Assembly (NCBI GenBank): GCA_902779285.1
Contig: CACZAZ010000006.1
Coordinates: forward strand, 7,705-71,704
Length of the DNA: 64,000 nt
Source: an uncultured Ruminococcus sp.
GTDB lineage: Bacteria; Bacillota; Clostridia; Oscillospirales; CAG-272
Reading direction: 5' to 3'
Shown: positions 51,228 through 60,620 of the stretch, one piece after another
Layout of the letters: each line of letters begins with the position of its first letter
Position numbering within the stretch: position 1 is the first letter of the stretch
Notes under the pieces: model-generated
What the model was told of the DNA's origin: nothing
Databases searched by the model: none
Seen by the model: only the letters and a program-made list of their open reading frames with translations
Made by a program: the position numbers and the translations under genes

Positions 51228-51842
51228 ATGCGGACTTTGAGCGTTGAAACGATGGAGCGCGTGATCGGGTTTATCGACCGCTACCACGAAAAGAACGGCT
51301 ACACCCCGACCATCGCGGAGATCGCCGGGGGGCTCTCGCTCGCCGTCGGAACGATCCACAAATACCTGCACCGGATGGCGGAGAACGGGACGATCGAACT
51401 CGACGGGCGGCACGTCGTCACGCCGAATATCGCCCGCCGCCGGGAACTCTCGGCGCCCGTCGCGGGCGAGATCGCCTGCGGCGCGCCGGTCTGGGTCGAG
51501 GAGACGAGGGGCGAGTCGCTCCCCCTCCCCGCCGGCTTCTCCGATCCGGCCGAATACTTCTGGCTCCGCGCAAGCGGAAAATCGATGGTGAAACGCGGGA
51601 TCGACGACGGGGATTACGTTCTGATCCGCAGGCAACCGACCGCCGAGCCCGGGGAGACCGTCGCCGCCCTGATCGAAAACGAGGCGACCTTAAAGATCTT
51701 TCTGCCCGATCCCAAGCGCCGAAAAATCGTGCTTCGCGCGGCAAACGACGACAAAACGGCGTATCCCGACCAGATCTACGACGCGATCCTGATCCGCGGC
51801 GTCGCGGTCTACGTCTTAAAACCCCTACGAAAAACGCCTTGA
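51228..51842 (+). CDS. lexA: LexA repressor
   Basis: Winged-helix LexA N-domain (GYTPTIAEIAGGLSLAVGTIHKYLHRMAENG). VAGEIACGAPV cleavage region. S24 motifs ASGKSMVKRGIDDGD and ATLKIF. GGAGG RBS. Confidence 0.9.
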   Translation: MRTLSVETMERVIGFIDRYHEKNGYTPTIAEIAGGLSLAVGTIHKYLHRMAENGTIELDGRHVVTPNIARRRELSAPVAGEIACGAPVWVEETRGESLPLPAGFSDPAEYFWLRASGKSMVKRGIDDGDYVLIRRQPTAEPGETVAALIENEATLKIFLPDPKRRKIVLRAANDDKTAYPDQIYDAILIRGVAVYVLKPLRKTP

Positions 51843-51905
51843 AAAAACCACCCCCTCCGCCGGGATCGCGGAGGGGGTTTCGGTTATATGGAGGAAAGAA
51901 CGCCT

Positions 51906-52544
51906 CTACAAAACGATACAGTCGAACCGCACCGCGCTGCCGTCAAGCGAATACGACGGCTTCACTCCGGCAAGGCAGGGACCCTTCGCCGGGCGCTTGA
52001 TCACGATCCGCTTGGGTTTTGCGGCGAACGCCGCGTCGAGCAGTTCGCGCTCGTTCTCGCAGGGGCGCTCGAGTTGGTGGATCAGTTGAAACTTCTTTTT
52101 GACCAGCGCCGTTTTTCTGCGTTCGGGGAACATGGGATCGAGCAGAACGACGTCGGGCGGCGGGTCGAGCGTCGGGAGGGCTGCGACGCTGTCCCCCTCG
52201 ATCACCGTCATCCGCTCCGCGATCTCCGACGTTGCGGGGTCGCGCTTCGCCCTCTCCCACGCGTCGCGGAGCAGGGCGGCGATCACGGGATCCTTTTCAT
52301 AGAGCAGAACGCGGCAGCCGGCGGCGGCGAGCAGGAACGAATCCTCCCCGAGCCCCGCGGTCGCGTCGACCACCAGCGGTCGTTCGACGCCTTTCAGTTT
52401 CACGGCGCGCACCAGATGCTCGCCCGAAAGATTCCCGCGCCGGATCCGGGGCAGAAGCCGGGAGAAGTCGCCGCAAACGGTATTTTTGCCGTCGGAGAGC
52501 GCGAGCCCCTCGGCGGTCCCGATCAGTTTCGCCGTCTGTTCCAT
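51906..52544 (-). CDS. class I SAM-dependent methyltransferase, RsmJ (16S rRNA m2G1516)-like
   Basis: VVDATAGLGEDSFLLAAAGCRVLLYEKDPVIAALLRDAWERA matches the RsmJ/YhiQ signature. Confidence 0.8.
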   Translation of the reverse strand: MEQTAKLIGTAEGLALSDGKNTVCGDFSRLLPRIRRGNLSGEHLVRAVKLKGVERPLVVDATAGLGEDSFLLAAAGCRVLLYEKDPVIAALLRDAWERAKRDPATSEIAERMTVIEGDSVAALPTLDPPPDVVLLDPMFPERRKTALVKKKFQLIHQLERPCENERELLDAAFAAKPKRIVIKRPAKGPCLAGVKPSYSLDGSAVRFDCIVL

Positions 52545-52675
52545 CTCCCGTCGCCCCTTTCGTTTTTCTTCCCTTTTATTATAGCACGGCGCCGCCCGCT
52601 TTGCAACCCGCGTTTTCCCGTATAATCCCCCGCTCCGCCGGGAATACTGCGAAGAAAACGAAGGAGGAAAACGAA

Positions 52676-53110
52676 ATGATCGAAAAAGATACCGTCCGCC
52701 TGCTCCGCGAGTGCGACGCCGGGATCAGGATGGGGGTGGACTCCATCAACGAGGTGCTCGACAAGGTGAAAGGGGACGCGCTCCGCGACGTGCTGACCCG
52801 TTGCCGTGAGGAGCACGAATCGCTCGGGGACGAGGTCCGGAGTCTGCTCGACGAGTACCGCGACGAGGGGAAAAAGCCGAATCCGATGGCAAGATCCATG
52901 TCGTGGATCAAAACCAACGTCGAGATCGCGATGGACCGCTCCGACGAGACCATCGCAAGTCTTATGACCGACGGCTGCAATATGGGGGTCAAGTCGCTCT
53001 CGCGCTACCTCAACCAATACGCCGCGGCGGACGAACGGTCGAAGTCGATCGCGAAGCGCCTGATCTCCCTTGAATCCGACGCCGCGATCTCTCTCCGCTC
53101 CAACCTTTAA
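52676..53110 (+). CDS. hypothetical helical cytoplasmic protein (144 aa)
   Basis: The ATG at 52676 has an AAGGAGGAAAA RBS. Predicted all-helical. Family not confidently recognised. The upstream part of tracked ORF 52232-53110 is antisense to 51906-52544. Confidence 0.7.
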   Translation: MIEKDTVRLLRECDAGIRMGVDSINEVLDKVKGDALRDVLTRCREEHESLGDEVRSLLDEYRDEGKKPNPMARSMSWIKTNVEIAMDRSDETIASLMTDGCNMGVKSLSRYLNQYAAADERSKSIAKRLISLESDAAISLRSNL

Positions 53111-53150
53111 AAAAACCCCCGGCGCTTTTCGCGCCGGGGGTTTTTAAAAA
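53108..53150. terminator. bidirectional rho-independent terminator
   Basis: A-run, CCCCCGGCGC, loop ttttc, GCGCCGGGGG, then TTTTT. It sits between convergent genes. Confidence 0.9.
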
Positions 53151-53154
53151 GGGA

Positions 53155-53382
53155 TCAATTATCATCGTCATGTTCGGGAGCGTCGTCCGATTCGATCTCC
53201 GCGGGGGCTTCGCCCTCGGGGATGTCGTCGGTCTCGTCCTCGTTTTCCTCCGTGGTATCGGCGGTCTCGTCCTCCGGCTCCGCGTTCTTCACGGGGCTCT
53301 TCCGGAACAGGACGTAGAGGATGATCCCCACCCCGACGACGAGCAGCAGGATCGAACCGACGATCTGTAATACCTCAGGCAT
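53155..53382 (-). CDS. small membrane-anchored protein with a highly acidic tail (75 aa)
   Basis: One N-terminal TM helix (IVGSILLLVVGVGIILYVLF), then a D/E/T-rich tail. GGAGAA RBS and an upstream TTGATT-17-TATACT promoter. Confidence 0.65.
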   Translation of the reverse strand: MPEVLQIVGSILLLVVGVGIILYVLFRKSPVKNAEPEDETADTTEENEDETDDIPEGEAPAEIESDDAPEHDDDN

Positions 53383-53565
53383 ATCGTTCTCCTTCCCGGG
53401 CTGTCGCCCGACGGTCTTTTCGTTCTCTTTTCAAAGTATAGCATACCGTTTGAAAAAAATCAAGCCGTCGGAGCCGACCGCCCCGTTTTTTCGCGTTTTC
53501 TGCCCGCTTTGACCCCGTTTCGGCGTCGGTTTTGCCGCCCGTGCAATATTTTTTTATAAAAACAC

Positions 53566-53594
53566 TTGCATTTCTTATTTGTCTGTGTTATAAT
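53566..53594 (+). promoter_or_regulatory. sigma-A consensus promoter of rpmB
   Basis: TTGCAT (53566-53571), 17-nt spacer, TATAAT (53589-53594). Confidence 0.7.
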
Positions 53595-53675
53595 AGGCTT
53601 CGCCGATTTATGGTTTTTTGAAAAAATGATCAGATAGATGCGTCCGATCGTTCGTGTTTTATGGAGGTGAACATC

Positions 53676-53861
53676 ATGGCTCAGTGTGAATATTGCGATA
53701 AGAAGATCACGTTCGGGAACGCCGTTTCCCACTCGAATCGCAAGACCGGCAGAACCTGGAAGGCGAATATCCGCAAGGTTCGGGCGATCGTCAACGGTAC
53801 CCACAAGACCGTTTACGTTTGCTCCCGTTGCCTTCGTTCCGGCAAAGTCACCCGTGCGTGA
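53676..53861 (+). CDS. rpmB: 50S ribosomal protein L28
   Basis: MAQCEYCDKKITFGNAVSHSNRKTGRTWKANIRKVRA matches the L28 signature. GGAGG RBS. Confidence 0.95.
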   Translation: MAQCEYCDKKITFGNAVSHSNRKTGRTWKANIRKVRAIVNGTHKTVYVCSRCLRSGKVTRA

Positions 53862-53876
53862 TTTCCCGTCGGTCGT

Positions 53877-53906
53877 ATAAGGGGCTCCTTCATTGGAGCC
53901 CCTTAT
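53877..53906. terminator. hairpin terminator between convergent genes
   Basis: ATAAGGGGCTCC, loop ttcatt, GGAGCCCCTTAT. Perfect 12-bp stem with a weak U tract. Confidence 0.65.
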
Positions 53907-53909
53907 TAG

Positions 53910-54977
53910 TTATCCTGAGTTTTCCCTTTTGATCCTGCGGCTCGCGAAAGCGGACAAAAACAATCCGACCGCCGCCCCCGCCGCCCCTGCGAGTTTGAAC
54001 CCGGCGTAGACCGCGAAGAACGCGAGCAGCGGATGGATCCCCAGCCCCCGCCCGATCAGCCGCGGCGCAAGGATCTGCCGCACGGTAAAGATCAGAAGCG
54101 AAAGAAACAGGATACACGCGCCGAACGCCGCCCGTCCCGAAACGACCGCGAAGATCCCCCACGGGACGAGGATCCCGCCCGCGCCGAGCACCGGCAGAAG
54201 GTCGAAGAGCGCGATACAGAGAGCCCGCAGCAGGGCGTAGGGGACGCCGAGCAGCAGAAGCCCCGAAAACAGGATCAGAAAGGTCAGACAGAACAGGATC
54301 CCGTAGGCGTAAAAGACCGTTCCCGCCCCACGAAAGAGCCCCCGCCCGAGCGACCCGACCCGTTTTTGCCACGCGGGAGGCAAGATCCCTTCCGAGAGCC
54401 GGGGCAGCCCGTCGGGATCGGACGCGAACCACACCGCGGCGATAACCGACACGAACAGGGCGAAGAGGATCGACGGGACAGTCGACAGGATCGAGCCGAG
54501 CAAACGCGAAAAGGACGAAACGAGCGTCGAAAAGCCGTTTCTCACCATCCCCGCAAGATCCGAGCCCGAGAGCATAGGTCCGCCCGCCCCGCCCGGCACG
54601 CGCGAGAGAAAGAACGACGAAAACGACTCGATCGCGGAGGCGATCCGCGACGGGAGCCCCGGGTCCGATAAGATCCCGGAAAGGATCTCGCCGCACTCGA
54701 CGATCAGCCGCCGGACGAGAAGAAAGATCCCGAATCCGAGCGAAAAGAAGAGCAGCAGCGTGAGCAACACCGCCCACACCCGAAGCGGGACCCGCGTCTT
54801 CCGGGCAAGGAAACGCGCCGGCGAGAGGGTCAGGCGGGCGACGAGGAACGCGAACAAAAACGGCAGCACGGCGGACAGAACTCTGCCCCCGAAAAAGCGC
54901 AGGAACAATAGTCCGAAAAGAGCCGACAGCGCGGCAGCCGCCGGTCTGCCCCACCGTTTGATGATCCCGTCCGGCAT
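53910..54977 (-). CDS. AI-2E family transporter (YtvI-like sporulation integral membrane protein)
   Basis: 355-aa polytopic protein. The C-terminal GLGIHPLLAFFAVYAGFKLAG segment is typical of the family. Confidence 0.75.
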   Translation of the reverse strand: MPDGIIKRWGRPAAAALSALFGLLFLRFFGGRVLSAVLPFLFAFLVARLTLSPARFLARKTRVPLRVWAVLLTLLLFFSLGFGIFLLVRRLIVECGEILSGILSDPGLPSRIASAIESFSSFFLSRVPGGAGGPMLSGSDLAGMVRNGFSTLVSSFSRLLGSILSTVPSILFALFVSVIAAVWFASDPDGLPRLSEGILPPAWQKRVGSLGRGLFRGAGTVFYAYGILFCLTFLILFSGLLLLGVPYALLRALCIALFDLLPVLGAGGILVPWGIFAVVSGRAAFGACILFLSLLIFTVRQILAPRLIGRGLGIHPLLAFFAVYAGFKLAGAAGAAVGLFLSAFASRRIKRENSG

Positions 54978-55068
54978 CGCGTTTCCCCTTTCCCCGTATT
55001 ACTTTCAGTATATCCCGCAGCCGCCCGCTGTATGACGGGGGGCGGAGCGAAAGAAAAGAGGTATCACA

Positions 55069-55542
55069 ATGGTCACGATCACAATGGAAAACGGCAAGCA
55101 GATCAGGATCGAGCTTCTCCCCGAATACGCGCCGAAGACCGTCGCGAATTTCGAGAAACTCGTGAAAGAGGGCTTCTACGACGGGCTGACCTTCCACCGG
55201 ATCATCCCCGGCTTTATGGTCCAGGGCGGCGATCCGTCGGGCAACGGCACGGGCGGATCGAAAGAGAAGATCAAGGGCGAGTTCGCGCAGAACGGATTTC
55301 CGCAGAACACGCTGAAGCATAAGCGCGGCGTGATCTCGATGGCGCGCGCCTACGACCCGAACTCCGCGTCGTCCCAGTTCTTCATCATGCACGCCGACGC
55401 CCCGCATCTCGACGGCGCCTACGCCGCGTTCGGACGGGTGGTCGAGGGGATGGAGACGGTGGACGAGATCGCCGCGACCCCGACCGGATTCCGCGACGAG
55501 CCCCGCGTCCGCGTGGGGATCAAGTCGATCACGATCGAGTGA
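55069..55542 (+). CDS. ppiB: cyclophilin-type peptidyl-prolyl isomerase
   Basis: FHRIIPGFMVQGGDP, SMARAYDPNSASSQFFI. Confidence 0.95.
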   Translation: MVTITMENGKQIRIELLPEYAPKTVANFEKLVKEGFYDGLTFHRIIPGFMVQGGDPSGNGTGGSKEKIKGEFAQNGFPQNTLKHKRGVISMARAYDPNSASSQFFIMHADAPHLDGAYAAFGRVVEGMETVDEIAATPTGFRDEPRVRVGIKSITIE

Positions 55543-55543
55543 T

Positions 55544-56668
55544 ATGTCCGACCGAAACCGCAGAAACGCCGATCCTCCCCCCGCGCGTCTTGCGAAACTG
55601 CCGGACCTTGTCGTCTCGTGGTACCGCGAGAACAGACGGCGGCTCCCCTGGCGCGAGGAGGTCAGCCCCTACCGGACGCTGCTCTCCGAGATCATGCTCC
55701 AGCAGACGCGGGTCGAGGCGGTCAAGCCCTATTTCGAGCGGTTTCTCGCGGCGTTTCCCGACGTTTCTTCGCTTGCGGATGCCGACGACGAACTGCTCTG
55801 CAAAAGGTGGGAGGGTCTCGGTTATTACAGCCGTGCGCGCAACCTCAAAAAGTGCGCGCACGAGATCGTCGACCGCTTCGGCGGCGTGATCCCGTCGACC
55901 GTACCCGAACTGCTCTCGCTCCCCGGGATCGGTCCCTATACCGCCGGGGCGATCGCCGCCTTCGCCTACGGAAGACCGGTCGCCGCCGTCGACGGGAACG
56001 TACTGCGGGTGACGGCGAGGATCACGGCGGAGACGGGCGACGTTCTCTCCCCCGCAGTCAAAAACAAACTGACCGCGCTGGTATCGTCCCTCGTTCCCGC
56101 CGACGCCGCGAGCGACTTCGGGCAGGGGCTGATCGAACTCGGGGCTCTGATCTGCCTCCCGAACCGCCCGCCGAAGTGCGAACTCTGCCCCGTCAGCACC
56201 CTCTGCCGGGGGTATTCCGAGGGGATCGCGGAGCGTCTTCCGGTACGGATCAAAAAGACCGAACGCAAACTCGACAGGCGCACCGTTTTGGTGATCCGCT
56301 CGGGGACGCGCACGCTGCTTCGCAAACGCCCCGCCCGCGGACTTCTCGCGGGACTGTGGGAGTTCCCGAACTATTCCGGGGGGTTTACCGAAAAAGAGGC
56401 GCTCGACGCGGTGAAAGCCCTCGGGTTCGAGCCGCTTCGCATCCGTCCCCTCGACCCTGCAAAACACCTGTTCACCCATATCGAGTGGCAGATGACGGGC
56501 TACCTCGTTTTGGTCGCGGAGCCCGACTTCCCGCTCCCCGAGGGGTGCGTGATGCCCGAGACCGACGACCTGCTCTCCCGCTACGCGATCCCCTCCGCGT
56601 TCTCCGCCTACGTCCGCTGTCTCTTTGCCCCGATCCCCCAAATCAATCAAAAGGAGAAACGAAAATGA
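55544..56668 (+). CDS. mutY: A/G-specific adenine DNA glycosylase
   Basis: HhH-GPD (LPGIGPYTAGAIAAFAYG), a 4Fe-4S Cys cluster (C..C..C..C near LICLPNRPPKCELCPV) and a NUDIX-like C-domain. Confidence 0.93.
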   Translation: MSDRNRRNADPPPARLAKLPDLVVSWYRENRRRLPWREEVSPYRTLLSEIMLQQTRVEAVKPYFERFLAAFPDVSSLADADDELLCKRWEGLGYYSRARNLKKCAHEIVDRFGGVIPSTVPELLSLPGIGPYTAGAIAAFAYGRPVAAVDGNVLRVTARITAETGDVLSPAVKNKLTALVSSLVPADAASDFGQGLIELGALICLPNRPPKCELCPVSTLCRGYSEGIAERLPVRIKKTERKLDRRTVLVIRSGTRTLLRKRPARGLLAGLWEFPNYSGGFTEKEALDAVKALGFEPLRIRPLDPAKHLFTHIEWQMTGYLVLVAEPDFPLPEGCVMPETDDLLSRYAIPSAFSAYVRCLFAPIPQINQKEKRK

Positions 56669-57495
56669 AAAGACCTCTCTTTATGCGCTTTCCCGGCGGG
56701 CTCGACCGCGCCCTGACCTTCTCTTACGACGACGGCGTATCGCCAGACAAACGGCTCGTCGCGATCTTCAAAAAAAACGGGCTGAAGGCGACCTTCAATA
56801 TCAACTCCGACCTGTTTTCGCCCGACGACCCGGATCTCCCGCGCAACGGCACGCGGCTCTCTGCGAAAGAGGCGGTCGAGACCTACGAGGGAATGGAGGT
56901 CGCCGTTCACGGCGCGATCCATCCTTTCTGGAATCAGCTTCCCGACGCGGCGGCGACCTACGATATCCTCCGCGACCGTCTGAATCTCGAAAAGACCTTT
57001 CACCGCATCATCCGCGGCTCCGCCGCCCCCTACGGCGTGACGGGCGAGAAATGCAGAAACGCCCTGAAAGCCGCCGGTATCGTCTACTGCCGCACGACGG
57101 TCTCGACCGAAAAGTTTTCGATGCCGAAGGATTGGCTGGAACTCCCCGCGACCTGTCATCACGGCAACCCGCGGCTCTTTGAACTCGGCAAGAGTTTTCT
57201 CGGAATGGAGAACCCGCGCGCCCCGCAGCTCTTCTACGTCTGGGGTCACAGTTACGAGTTCGACGACGCGAACAACTGGGACGTGATCGAGAAGTTCTGC
57301 GACCTGATGGGCGGTCACTCCGACAAGATCTGGTACGCGACGAACGGCGAGATCTACGACTATACCGAGGCGTACGGCCGCCTGGTCTGGAGCGTCGACC
57401 TCGACCGCGTCTATAATCCGACCTTCACCGAACTCTGGTTTTCCTACGGGAATCAGACCTACCGCATTATGCCCGGCGAGACGATCACTTTCTGA
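56665..57495 (+). CDS. polysaccharide deacetylase (NodB-like) family protein
   Basis: The ATG at 56665 overlaps the mutY stop. LTFSYDDG motif. RBS AAAGGAG. The last 276 codons of tracked ORF 55618-57495. Confidence 0.8.
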   Translation: MKRPLFMRFPGGLDRALTFSYDDGVSPDKRLVAIFKKNGLKATFNINSDLFSPDDPDLPRNGTRLSAKEAVETYEGMEVAVHGAIHPFWNQLPDAAATYDILRDRLNLEKTFHRIIRGSAAPYGVTGEKCRNALKAAGIVYCRTTVSTEKFSMPKDWLELPATCHHGNPRLFELGKSFLGMENPRAPQLFYVWGHSYEFDDANNWDVIEKFCDLMGGHSDKIWYATNGEIYDYTEAYGRLVWSVDLDRVYNPTFTELWFSYGNQTYRIMPGETITF

Positions 57496-57509
57496 TCTCT
57501 CTCCGATAC

Positions 57510-57541
57510 AACGCTCCCCCGGCGATCGCCGGGGGAGCGTT
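57510..57541. terminator. hairpin terminator between convergent genes
   Basis: AACGCTCCCCCGGCG, loop at, CGCCGGGGGAGCGTT (15-bp stem), then GTTGTT. Confidence 0.75.
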
Positions 57542-57554
57542 GTTGTTATCGGGG

Positions 57555-58124
57555 TCAGCGGAAAAGGACGATCCCCGCGACGCCCGAAAGCAGGATCAGG
57601 AAGATAGGTGAAACGCTCTTGCCCCGCACGCGGCGGTACAGCCAAGCGACGAGGATCAAAAAGCCGAACAGGAGGACCGAGGGGAGCGAGAACGCGACCG
57701 CGTCCCCGATCCGTCCGACGCCGAGAAACAGCGACAGGAACATCACGACCGCGGCGGAAAGGATCAGGGCGACGACCGCGGGACGCACCCCGGAGAGGAT
57801 CGCGCGGGACCCTTTGTATGTCAGGAGTTTGCCGAGCGCCGCGACCAAAAGGATCGTGACGATAAAGGCGGGCAGGATCACGCCGAGCGTCGCGAGCAGC
57901 GCGCCGAGGATCCCCGCCTGCGACGACCCGACGAAGGTCGCCATATTGACGGCGACGGGTCCCGGGGTGGATTCCGAGACCGCGATGAAATCGAGCAGTT
58001 CCGCGTCGGTGAGCCATCCGTTCGAAAGACACTCGTCGCGCATCAGGGGGATCATCGCGTACCCGCCGCCGAAGGCGACCGCGCCGATCTTGAGGAAGGT
58101 CAGAAACAGATGAAGGCAGGTCAC
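57555..58124 (-). CDS. chrA: chromate transporter family protein (short-chain CHR, C-type half)
   Basis: FGGGYAMIPLM and ESTPGPVAVN motifs. Overlaps the upstream half-gene by 4 nt. Confidence 0.88.
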   Translation of the reverse strand: MTCLHLFLTFLKIGAVAFGGGYAMIPLMRDECLSNGWLTDAELLDFIAVSESTPGPVAVNMATFVGSSQAGILGALLATLGVILPAFIVTILLVAALGKLLTYKGSRAILSGVRPAVVALILSAAVVMFLSLFLGVGRIGDAVAFSLPSVLLFGFLILVAWLYRRVRGKSVSPIFLILLSGVAGIVLFR

Positions 58125-58747
58125 GGCGTCCCCTCCTCTCCGGCGTCCGCCCGGTCCTCCGTATTCCCGTCGTCCCCGCCGCTCCCGTTATCGCGGTGCA
58201 GGAGGGCGAAGAGATAAGCGCCGAGCCCGAGCGCCGCGCCGATCAGGATAAACCAGACCGACGAGAAACGGATCGCAAAGAGCGAGAGGGCGACCGCCGC
58301 CGCCGTGACCGAAACGAACACGGCGACAGAAAACGGCGTTTTCGACAGTTTTTTGAACAAACGCAGAGCGGCGGAAAAGATCAGAAACACGACCGCGACC
58401 TGGATCCCCTTGAACGCCGAAGCGACCCATCCGATCGAAAGGAAGCGGGAAAAGAAAAGCGAGATCAGATAGATGATCAGAAACGACGGGGTCACGACCC
58501 CGACCGTCCCGAAGATCGCCCCGGGGATCCCCTTGACGCGGTAGCCGATATAGGTCGCCCCGTTGATCGCGATGGGGCCCGGCGTCGATTCCGCGATCGC
58601 GACCATATCGAGAAACTCCTCCGTCCCGATCCATTTCCGTTTGGAAACGAACTCGTTTTCGAGCAGGGAGATCATGGCGTATCCCCCGCCGAACGTGAAG
58701 AGCCCGATCTTCATCATGGTAAACATCAAGAGGAACAGTTTTTTCAT
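58121..58747 (-). CDS. chrA: chromate transporter family protein (short-chain CHR, N-type half)
   Basis: FGGGYAMISLL and ESTPGPIAING motifs. Paired with 57555-58124. Confidence 0.88.
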   Translation of the reverse strand: MKKLFLLMFTMMKIGLFTFGGGYAMISLLENEFVSKRKWIGTEEFLDMVAIAESTPGPIAINGATYIGYRVKGIPGAIFGTVGVVTPSFLIIYLISLFFSRFLSIGWVASAFKGIQVAVVFLIFSAALRLFKKLSKTPFSVAVFVSVTAAAVALSLFAIRFSSVWFILIGAALGLGAYLFALLHRDNGSGGDDGNTEDRADAGEEGTP

Positions 58748-58834
58748 CCGTCACACTTTCTTTCGGATAACGTTTCGGGTCAAAATACGGGAAAACCCCA
58801 TAAGCGGCAGCCGGATCGCGGCGCCCCGCGGGGA

Positions 58835-59443
58835 TCAGTCCTCCGGGCGGAAGCCGTACCGCCAGAGCGTCGCGCGGATCTTTTCGTCCTCCAACCCGCG
58901 GGCGCGGCAGCGTTTGATAAGCGCCTTTTTCACCTCGGCAAAGTCGATCTCCCCCGCGTCGGCGGCGTTTGTCACGGCGGCTTCCGCGTCGGACTTGGAA
59001 TACCCCTTGGCGATCAGCGCCGAGACGATCTTCTTTTCGCCCCACAGATTTCGCTTCGCGTACCCGACGGCGAGCCGCCGCGCCGTCTCCGCTTCGCGGA
59101 TATAGCCGAGTTCGACCATCCGTCGGACGGCGTCCGCCGCGATCTCTCGGGAGATCCCTTTCCGCACCAGTTTGTCGCGGAGCGTGCGGGCGTTGTTGTC
59201 GCCGTATTCGAGGATGCGGAGCGCGTGACGGCAGGCGAGCCGGTATTCCGACGCGTAGGTCAATTCCGACACCGCCGCGTCCGGCAGCGGGTCTCCGACC
59301 CCGGGCTTGCCGAGCCGTTCGTAAAGCGGCGCAGGGACGGAAAGTGTGACCTCTCCGCCCCCGTCAAGGGCGACCGTAAGAGACGTCGCGTCCTTCCCCG
59401 CGCGTTTGACGGCGGTGACGACGCCCGATCCCGGCTCCCTCAT
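58835..59443 (-). CDS. recX: recombination regulator RecX
   Basis: Three-repeat helical RecX pattern (RALRILEYGDNNARTLRDKLVRKGIS...). Immediately downstream of recA. Confidence 0.88.
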   Translation of the reverse strand: MREPGSGVVTAVKRAGKDATSLTVALDGGGEVTLSVPAPLYERLGKPGVGDPLPDAAVSELTYASEYRLACRHALRILEYGDNNARTLRDKLVRKGISREIAADAVRRMVELGYIREAETARRLAVGYAKRNLWGEKKIVSALIAKGYSKSDAEAAVTNAADAGEIDFAEVKKALIKRCRARGLEDEKIRATLWRYGFRPED

Positions 59444-59445
59444 CT

Positions 59446-60549
59446 TCAGTTGTTCTCGTCCGCCACTTCAAAGTCGCGGAGATCGAACTCCTCCTCGCCC
59501 GCGTCGAACTCCTCCTCGGGATCCGACTTCGCGGCGGCGGCGCGGACGGCGTCCTGCACCCGTTTCAAAACCTCGGGCTCGCTCTCGAGATAGATCCGGG
59601 CGTTGTCCTTTCCCTGTCCGATCCGCTGTCCCTCGAACGAGAACCACGAACCGCTCTTCTCGATGATGCCGTACCCGACCGCGAGATCCAGCGCCTCGCT
59701 GCCCTTCGAGATCCCCTTGCCGTAGAGGATGTCGAACTCCGCGATCTTGAACGGGGGCGCGACCTTGTTCTTCACGACCTTGCACTTCACGCGGTTGCCG
59801 TAGACGTCGGCGCCGTTTTTGAGCGACTCGGTCTTCCGGATATCGATGCGGACCGACGCGTAGTATTTCAGCGCCTTACCGCCGGTCGTGACCTCGGGAT
59901 TCCCGTACATCACGCCGACCTTCTCGCGCAGCTGGTTGATGAAGATGACGATGCAGTTGGACTTGGCGATAGCGCCCGAGAGTTTCCGCATCGCCTGGCT
60001 CATCAGCCGCGCCTGCACGCCGACGTGGGACGCGCCCATCTCGCCGTCGATCTCCTGCTTCGGCACCAGCGCCGCGACCGAGTCGATAACGATAATGTCG
60101 ATCGCGCCGGAATTGACCAGCGCCTCCGCGATCTCGAGCGCCTGCTCTCCGCAGTCGGGCTGGGAGATCAGGAGGTTATTGGTATCGACGCCGAGGTGCT
60201 TGGCGTACACGGGATCCAGAGCGTGCTCCGCGTCGATGAACGCCGCCTCGCCGCCCGCCTTCTGCACCTCCGCCACGACGTGGAGGGCAACGGTGGTCTT
60301 ACCCGAACTCTCGGGACCGTAGATCTCGGTGATCCGTCCCTTCGGGATCCCGCCGACGCCGAGCGCAAGGTCGAGCGACAGGCTCCCGGTCGAGACCGCC
60401 TCGACGTTCAGATTGCTGACCTCGCCCAGCCGCATGATCGAGCCCTTCCCGCAGTCGCGTTCGATCCGGGAAATGACGGTCTCGAGCGCCGCCTTTCTGT
60501 CGCCCGCCGCGGCAGGCTCGTTTTTCACGTTCGTTTTCTTCGCAGCCAT
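59446..60549 (-). CDS. recA: recombinase RecA
   Basis: GPESSGKTT Walker [22 protein letters not shown]-terminal acidic tail. Confidence 0.98.
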   Translation of the reverse strand: MAAKKTNVKNEPAAAGDRKAALETVISRIERDCGKGSIMRLGEVSNLNVEAVSTGSLSLDLALGVGGIPKGRITEIYGPESSGKTTVALHVVAEVQKAGGEAAFIDAEHALDPVYAKHLGVDTNNLLISQPDCGEQALEIAEALVNSGAIDIIVIDSVAALVPKQEIDGEMGASHVGVQARLMSQAMRKLSGAIAKSNCIVIFINQLREKVGVMYGNPEVTTGGKALKYYASVRIDIRKTESLKNGADVYGNRVKCKVVKNKVAPPFKIAEFDILYGKGISKGSEALDLAVGYGIIEKSGSWFSFEGQRIGQGKDNARIYLESEPEVLKRVQDAVRAAAAKSDPEEEFDAGEEEFDLRDFEVADENN

Positions 60550-60620
60550 TGTGTTCGTCTCCTTCGTCTTTTTGTTTTACGCCTACAGTATAGCGCAGGT
60601 AAGGTGCAATAAAACGGATA

